DNA of 32,000 bases from a virus. The notes under the pieces are model-generated. The model was not told the origin of the DNA, ran no database searches, and saw only the letters and a list, made by a program, of their open reading frames with translations. The position numbers were made by a program, and so were the translations under genes. The DNA lies in the IMG/VR virus record IMGVR_UViG_3300031820_000002, positions 3,561 to 35,560 of that record; one strand, written 5' to 3'. Shown here one piece after another: positions 30,179 through 32,000 of the stretch; the stretch's first letter is position 1; every line of letters starts with the position of its first letter.

Positions 30179-30186
30179 ATTGTCAA
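30179..30186 (-). promoter_or_regulatory. -35-like TTGACAAT box inside the tRNA array
   Basis: Plus-strand ATTGTCAA. Confidence 0.5.
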
Positions 30187-30191
30187 AAGGA

Positions 30192-30255
30192 AGCTCGCTA
30201 CAATCGACGGACTTGAACCGTCGTAGTCGACGTACCAACCCAGGTTGCAGCAAGC
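30192..30255 (-). tRNA. Short tRNA-like element (acceptor and extended T arm, no clear anticodon arm)
   Basis: GCTTGCT/AGCGAGC pairing and GACGG-TTCAAGT-CCGTC T arm. Only 64 nt. Confidence 0.3.
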
Positions 30256-30257
30256 CG

Positions 30258-30329
30258 CGTACTCCATGGGGATCGAACCCATCTCTGACGGTTTAACAGA
30301 CCGGCGCATCACCAGATCGCTAGGAGTAC
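30258..30329 (-). tRNA. tRNA-Asn(GTT)
   Basis: Acceptor GTACTCC/GGAGTAC, G73, loop CTGTTAA, T arm ATGGG-TTCGATC-CCCAT. Confidence 0.8.
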
Positions 30330-30472
30330 AATTTCGCCATGTGGACCTGACGTCTCGGGTCCTCTGCTCACGAGGGAAACCGTCCTGACGAGGATCGTGC
30401 TAGCTGTCCTTGTCTTCCAGACGACTTCAATGTGAAGCCTTGCTGCATGCCGCATGGCGACGGCTTGCCTAG
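30330..30472 (-). ncRNA. Structured 143-nt inter-tRNA spacer RNA (unknown)
   Basis: No credible ORF. Several hairpins (AAGCC/GGCTT, GTCT-GGA-AGAC, CCTC...GAGG). Confidence 0.3.
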
Positions 30473-30555
30473 CTCCAGGGGTTGGATTCGAACCAACGAT
30501 TGGGTTTCCCACGCACGGTTAACAGCCGTGTGCCTTACCGCTAGGCTACCCTGGA
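30473..30555 (-). tRNA. tRNA with anticodon GTT (Asn) and a long variable arm
   Basis: Acceptor TCCAGGG/CCCTGGA, arm CACGG-CTGTTAA-CCGTG, extra arm GTGGG-AAA-CCCA, T arm GTTGG-TTCGAAT-CCAAC. Confidence 0.7.
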
Positions 30556-30635
30556 ATAGGGCGAACCGGATCACTAACGGACCTTGCGGTCCTTACGCAA
30601 TCGCTCCCGGGGATATTCCACCCTAGTAGTTCGCT
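30556..30635 (-). ncRNA. 80-nt spacer RNA closed by a GCGAAC/GTTCGC stem
   Basis: The ends pair (GCGAAC...GTTCGC). Internal GGACC-GCAA-GGTCC hairpin (GNRA on the minus sense). Lacks the GGTTAYC box. Confidence 0.35.
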
Positions 30636-30710
30636 TGGAGCTGACGCCCGGACTTGAACCGGGAACCTCGTCTTTACGAAAGACTTGCACCGCCATTGTG
30701 CTACGCCAGC
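30636..30710 (-). tRNA. tRNA-Thr(CGT)
   Basis: Acceptor GCTGGCG/CGTCAGC, loop TTCGTAA, T arm CCCGG-TTCAAGT-CCGGG, CCA encoded. Confidence 0.85.
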
Positions 30711-30719
30711 TAATATTCG

Positions 30720-30791
30720 TTCGGGCGGAAGGAGTCGAACCCTCAACATTAGGCTCCAAAGGCCCACGTTCTGCCATTGAACTACGCCCGA
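30720..30791 (-). tRNA. tRNA-Gln(TTG)
   Basis: Acceptor TCGGGCG/CGCCCGA (U1-A72), arm TGGGC-CTTTGGA-GCCTA, T arm GAGGG-TTCGACT-CCTTC. Confidence 0.85.
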
Positions 30792-30815
30792 TCAGTTTCT
30801 GTGTATACTCAGCCT

Positions 30816-30992
30816 ATGCACGACAAAAGAAAGCAGAGCCTCTATTTTCCCGAGGGAATGCTCGAAGAAGTCGTCGCAGAAGCGACGAGACTCGATCGAT
30901 CATTGTCCTGGGTTGTTCAAAAGGCCTGGGAGCTGTCGAAGGAAAAGCTTAAGGAGCTTCCTGCGGCACCTGGAGCTGGCGACGGGATTTGA
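30816..30992 (+). CDS. Ribbon-helix-helix (CopG/Arc-like) DNA-binding protein
   Basis: MHDKRKQSLYFPEGMLEEVVAEATRLDRSLSWVVQKAWE has an RHH beta-strand plus two helices. TGTGTATACT (extended -10) ends 6 nt before the ATG, so the mRNA may be leaderless. Confidence 0.6.
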   Translation: MHDKRKQSLYFPEGMLEEVVAEATRLDRSLSWVVQKAWELSKEKLKELPAAPGAGDGI

Positions 30993-31045
30993 ACTCGTAA
31001 CCTTCTGCTTACAAGGCAGCTGCACTACCGTTGTGCTACGCCAGC
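30971..31045 (-). tRNA. tRNA-Thr(TGT)
   Basis: Acceptor GCTGGCG/CGCCAGC, arm GCTGC-CTTGTAA-GCAGA, T-loop TTCAAAT, CCA encoded. Confidence 0.85.
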
Positions 31046-31050
31046 ATTCG

Positions 31051-31123
31051 AGCGGACAGCGGGAATCGAACCCAGCCTGAAGATGCTTGGAAGGCACCTG
31101 CCTCACCAGTCGGCCTTGTCCGC
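31051..31123 (-). tRNA. tRNA-Gly(TCC)
   Basis: Acceptor GCGGACA/TGTCCGC, U73, arm GGTGC-CTTCCAA-GCATC. Confidence 0.85.
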
Positions 31124-31125
31124 GT

Positions 31126-31201
31126 TGGGGTGTCTAGAGGGAATTGAACCCTACTCTTCAAGAGCCACAATCTTGCGTGCGACCACTACACTATAGACAC
31201 C
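31126..31201 (-). tRNA. tRNA-His(GTG) with encoded G-1
   Basis: G-1:C73 pair, acceptor GTGTCTA/TAGACAC, arm CAAGA-TTGTGGC-TCTTG, CCA encoded. Confidence 0.9.
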
Positions 31202-31207
31202 ATATCG

Positions 31208-31280
31208 AGCGGACGGCGGGATTCGAACCCAGCCTGATCTTCCTTGGCAAGGAAGTGCCGCACCTAGCGGCTTCGTCCGC
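31208..31280 (-). tRNA. tRNA-Gly(GCC)
   Basis: Acceptor GCGGACG/CGTCCGC, U73, arm CTTCC-TTGCCAA-GGAAG. Confidence 0.9.
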
Positions 31281-31288
31281 AAAATCAG

Positions 31289-31363
31289 TCGGGGTAGCCG
31301 GATTTGAACCGGCAATCTCATGGTCCCGAACCACGCGCTCTAACCAGATTGAGCCATACCCCG
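31289..31363 (-). tRNA. tRNA-Pro(CGG)
   Basis: Acceptor CGGGGTA/TACCCCG, arm CGTGG-TTCGGGA-CCATG, T arm GCCGG-TTCAAAT-CCGGC. Confidence 0.9.
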
Positions 31364-31420
31364 GAAAGGGCGCTAGGCGTACTGCCTAGCTTTCATCTCC
31401 CACGGATGGGAGCACCCCGG

Positions 31421-31492
31421 TCGAGCTAGCGGGAATCGAACCCGCGATCCCTTGTCCCCCAGACAAGTGCGATGCCGCTTCGCTATAGCTCG
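31421..31492 (-). tRNA. tRNA-Pro(GGG)
   Basis: Acceptor CGAGCTA/TAGCTCG, arm CTTGT-CTGGGGG-ACAAG, T arm GCGGG-TTCGATT-CCCGC. Confidence 0.9.
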
Positions 31493-31578
31493 GAAAATGG
31501 GCTTCGTTGATCAGTAAAGATCTGCAGGGCCTTTAACCCCAAACCAGGGCACGCAGCTCACACCCTGGACTTGAATCG

Positions 31579-31668
31579 TGCCGCTCTGGGAGTCGAACCC
31601 GCATCCTACGCCAGGAACAGAGGCATTTCCTCCTCCAGCTGGCTTAGGTTCCCGCCAGGAGGAACGGC
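31579..31668 (-). tRNA. Atypical 90-nt tRNA-like RNA (no recognisable 7-nt anticodon loop)
   Basis: Perfect acceptor GCCGTTC/GAGCGGC and a GGG-TTCGACT-CCC T-loop region. Internal arms are CTGGC-GGGAACCTAA-GCCAG and GAGG-AAATG-CCTC. Confidence 0.35.
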
Positions 31669-31681
31669 GCAAATGCTTTCG

Positions 31682-31769
31682 CGGAAGATGAGAGACTCGA
31701 ACTCTCGGAGCAGTTATTAGCCGCTCTACGGTTTAGCAAACCGCTGCCTTACCACTCGGCCAATCTTCC
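31682..31769 (-). tRNA. tRNA-Ser(GCT), class II
   Basis: Acceptor GGAAGAT/ATCTTCC, G73, arm GCGGT-TTGCTAA-ACCGT, long variable arm. Confidence 0.9.
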
Positions 31770-31774
31770 AGTCG

Positions 31775-31845
31775 TGGAGCCAAGGAGAATCGAACTCCTA
31801 TATCTCGGGTGCAAGCCGAGCGCACTCCCTTTGTGCTATGGCCCC
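31775..31845 (-). tRNA. tRNA-Ala(TGC) with G3:U70
   Basis: Acceptor GGGGCCA/TGGCTCC (G3.U70), A73, arm CTCGG-CTTGCAC-CCGAG, T arm AGGAG-TTCGATT-CTCCT. Confidence 0.9.
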
Positions 31846-31847
31846 GT

Positions 31848-31974
31848 TGGGATCGAGGACGGGATTCTCACCCGCAACCTGCCGGGTACCTAACCCGGAA
31901 CTCTTGTAGCACTTGTTCGTGACCAAGTAAATGCGCACTCCTTGATCCGTAACAGAGCCTTGAGCTACCTCGAT
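31848..31974 (-). tRNA. Interrupted tRNA (about 57-nt D-loop insertion; loop UUAGGUA)
   Basis: Acceptor ATCGAGG/CCTCGAT, C73, CCA encoded. D stem GCTC...GAGT is split by the insert. Arm CCGGG-TTAGGTA-CCCGG, T-loop TGAGAAT. Confidence 0.5.
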
Positions 31975-31976
31975 CG

Positions 31977-32000
31977 TGGACCCACGGGGAATCGAACCCC
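31977..32000 (-). tRNA. 3' part of a further tRNA (truncated by the window edge)
   Basis: Plus-strand TGG A CCCACGGGGAATCGAACCCC corresponds to CCA, an acceptor strand and a GGGG-TTCGATT-CCCC T arm. Confidence 0.5.

Overview
The window reads as part of a large bacteriophage genome, with bacterial-type signals. It has dense short genes, a recurring -35-like TTGACAAT box, encoded CCA ends and a tRNA-His with an encoded G-1. All folds and motif matches below were done by eye and need tool confirmation.

Layout:
- 1-3133: three tandem paralogous fibre-like genes on the minus strand.
- 3.3-13.7 kb: small genes including DHFR, a GNAT acetyltransferase, a SLOG protein, an AT-hook protein and a calcineurin-type phosphoesterase.
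- 13.6-32 kb: a very large minus-strand tRNA array of about 53 tRNA or tRNA-like genes, interleaved with translation-rescue and RNA-repair genes. These are a PrfH-like release factor next to an Rnl-type RNA ligase, a Pth2-like hydrolase, a cREC-like receiver domain, a Nudix-thymidylate kinase fusion and an HNH nuclease.

Most unusual features:
1. A 411-nt ORF-free RNA lies exactly between tRNA-Pro and tRNA-Leu. It carries exact copies of the 23S rRNA L11/thiostrepton loop (17-mer) and the sarcin-ricin loop (12-mer).
2. A compact tmRNA-like gene lacks the G3:U70 alanine identity pair.
3. A covarying structured RNA module of about 45-115 nt occurs at least 12 times, inside tRNAs or filling tRNA-tRNA spacers, in two permuted topologies.
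4. Several tRNA genes are interrupted at non-canonical positions.
5. Several tRNAs have odd anticodon loops or reduced arms.

Canonical tRNAs cover 16 amino acids. Phe, Tyr, Asp and Lys were not recognised in this window.
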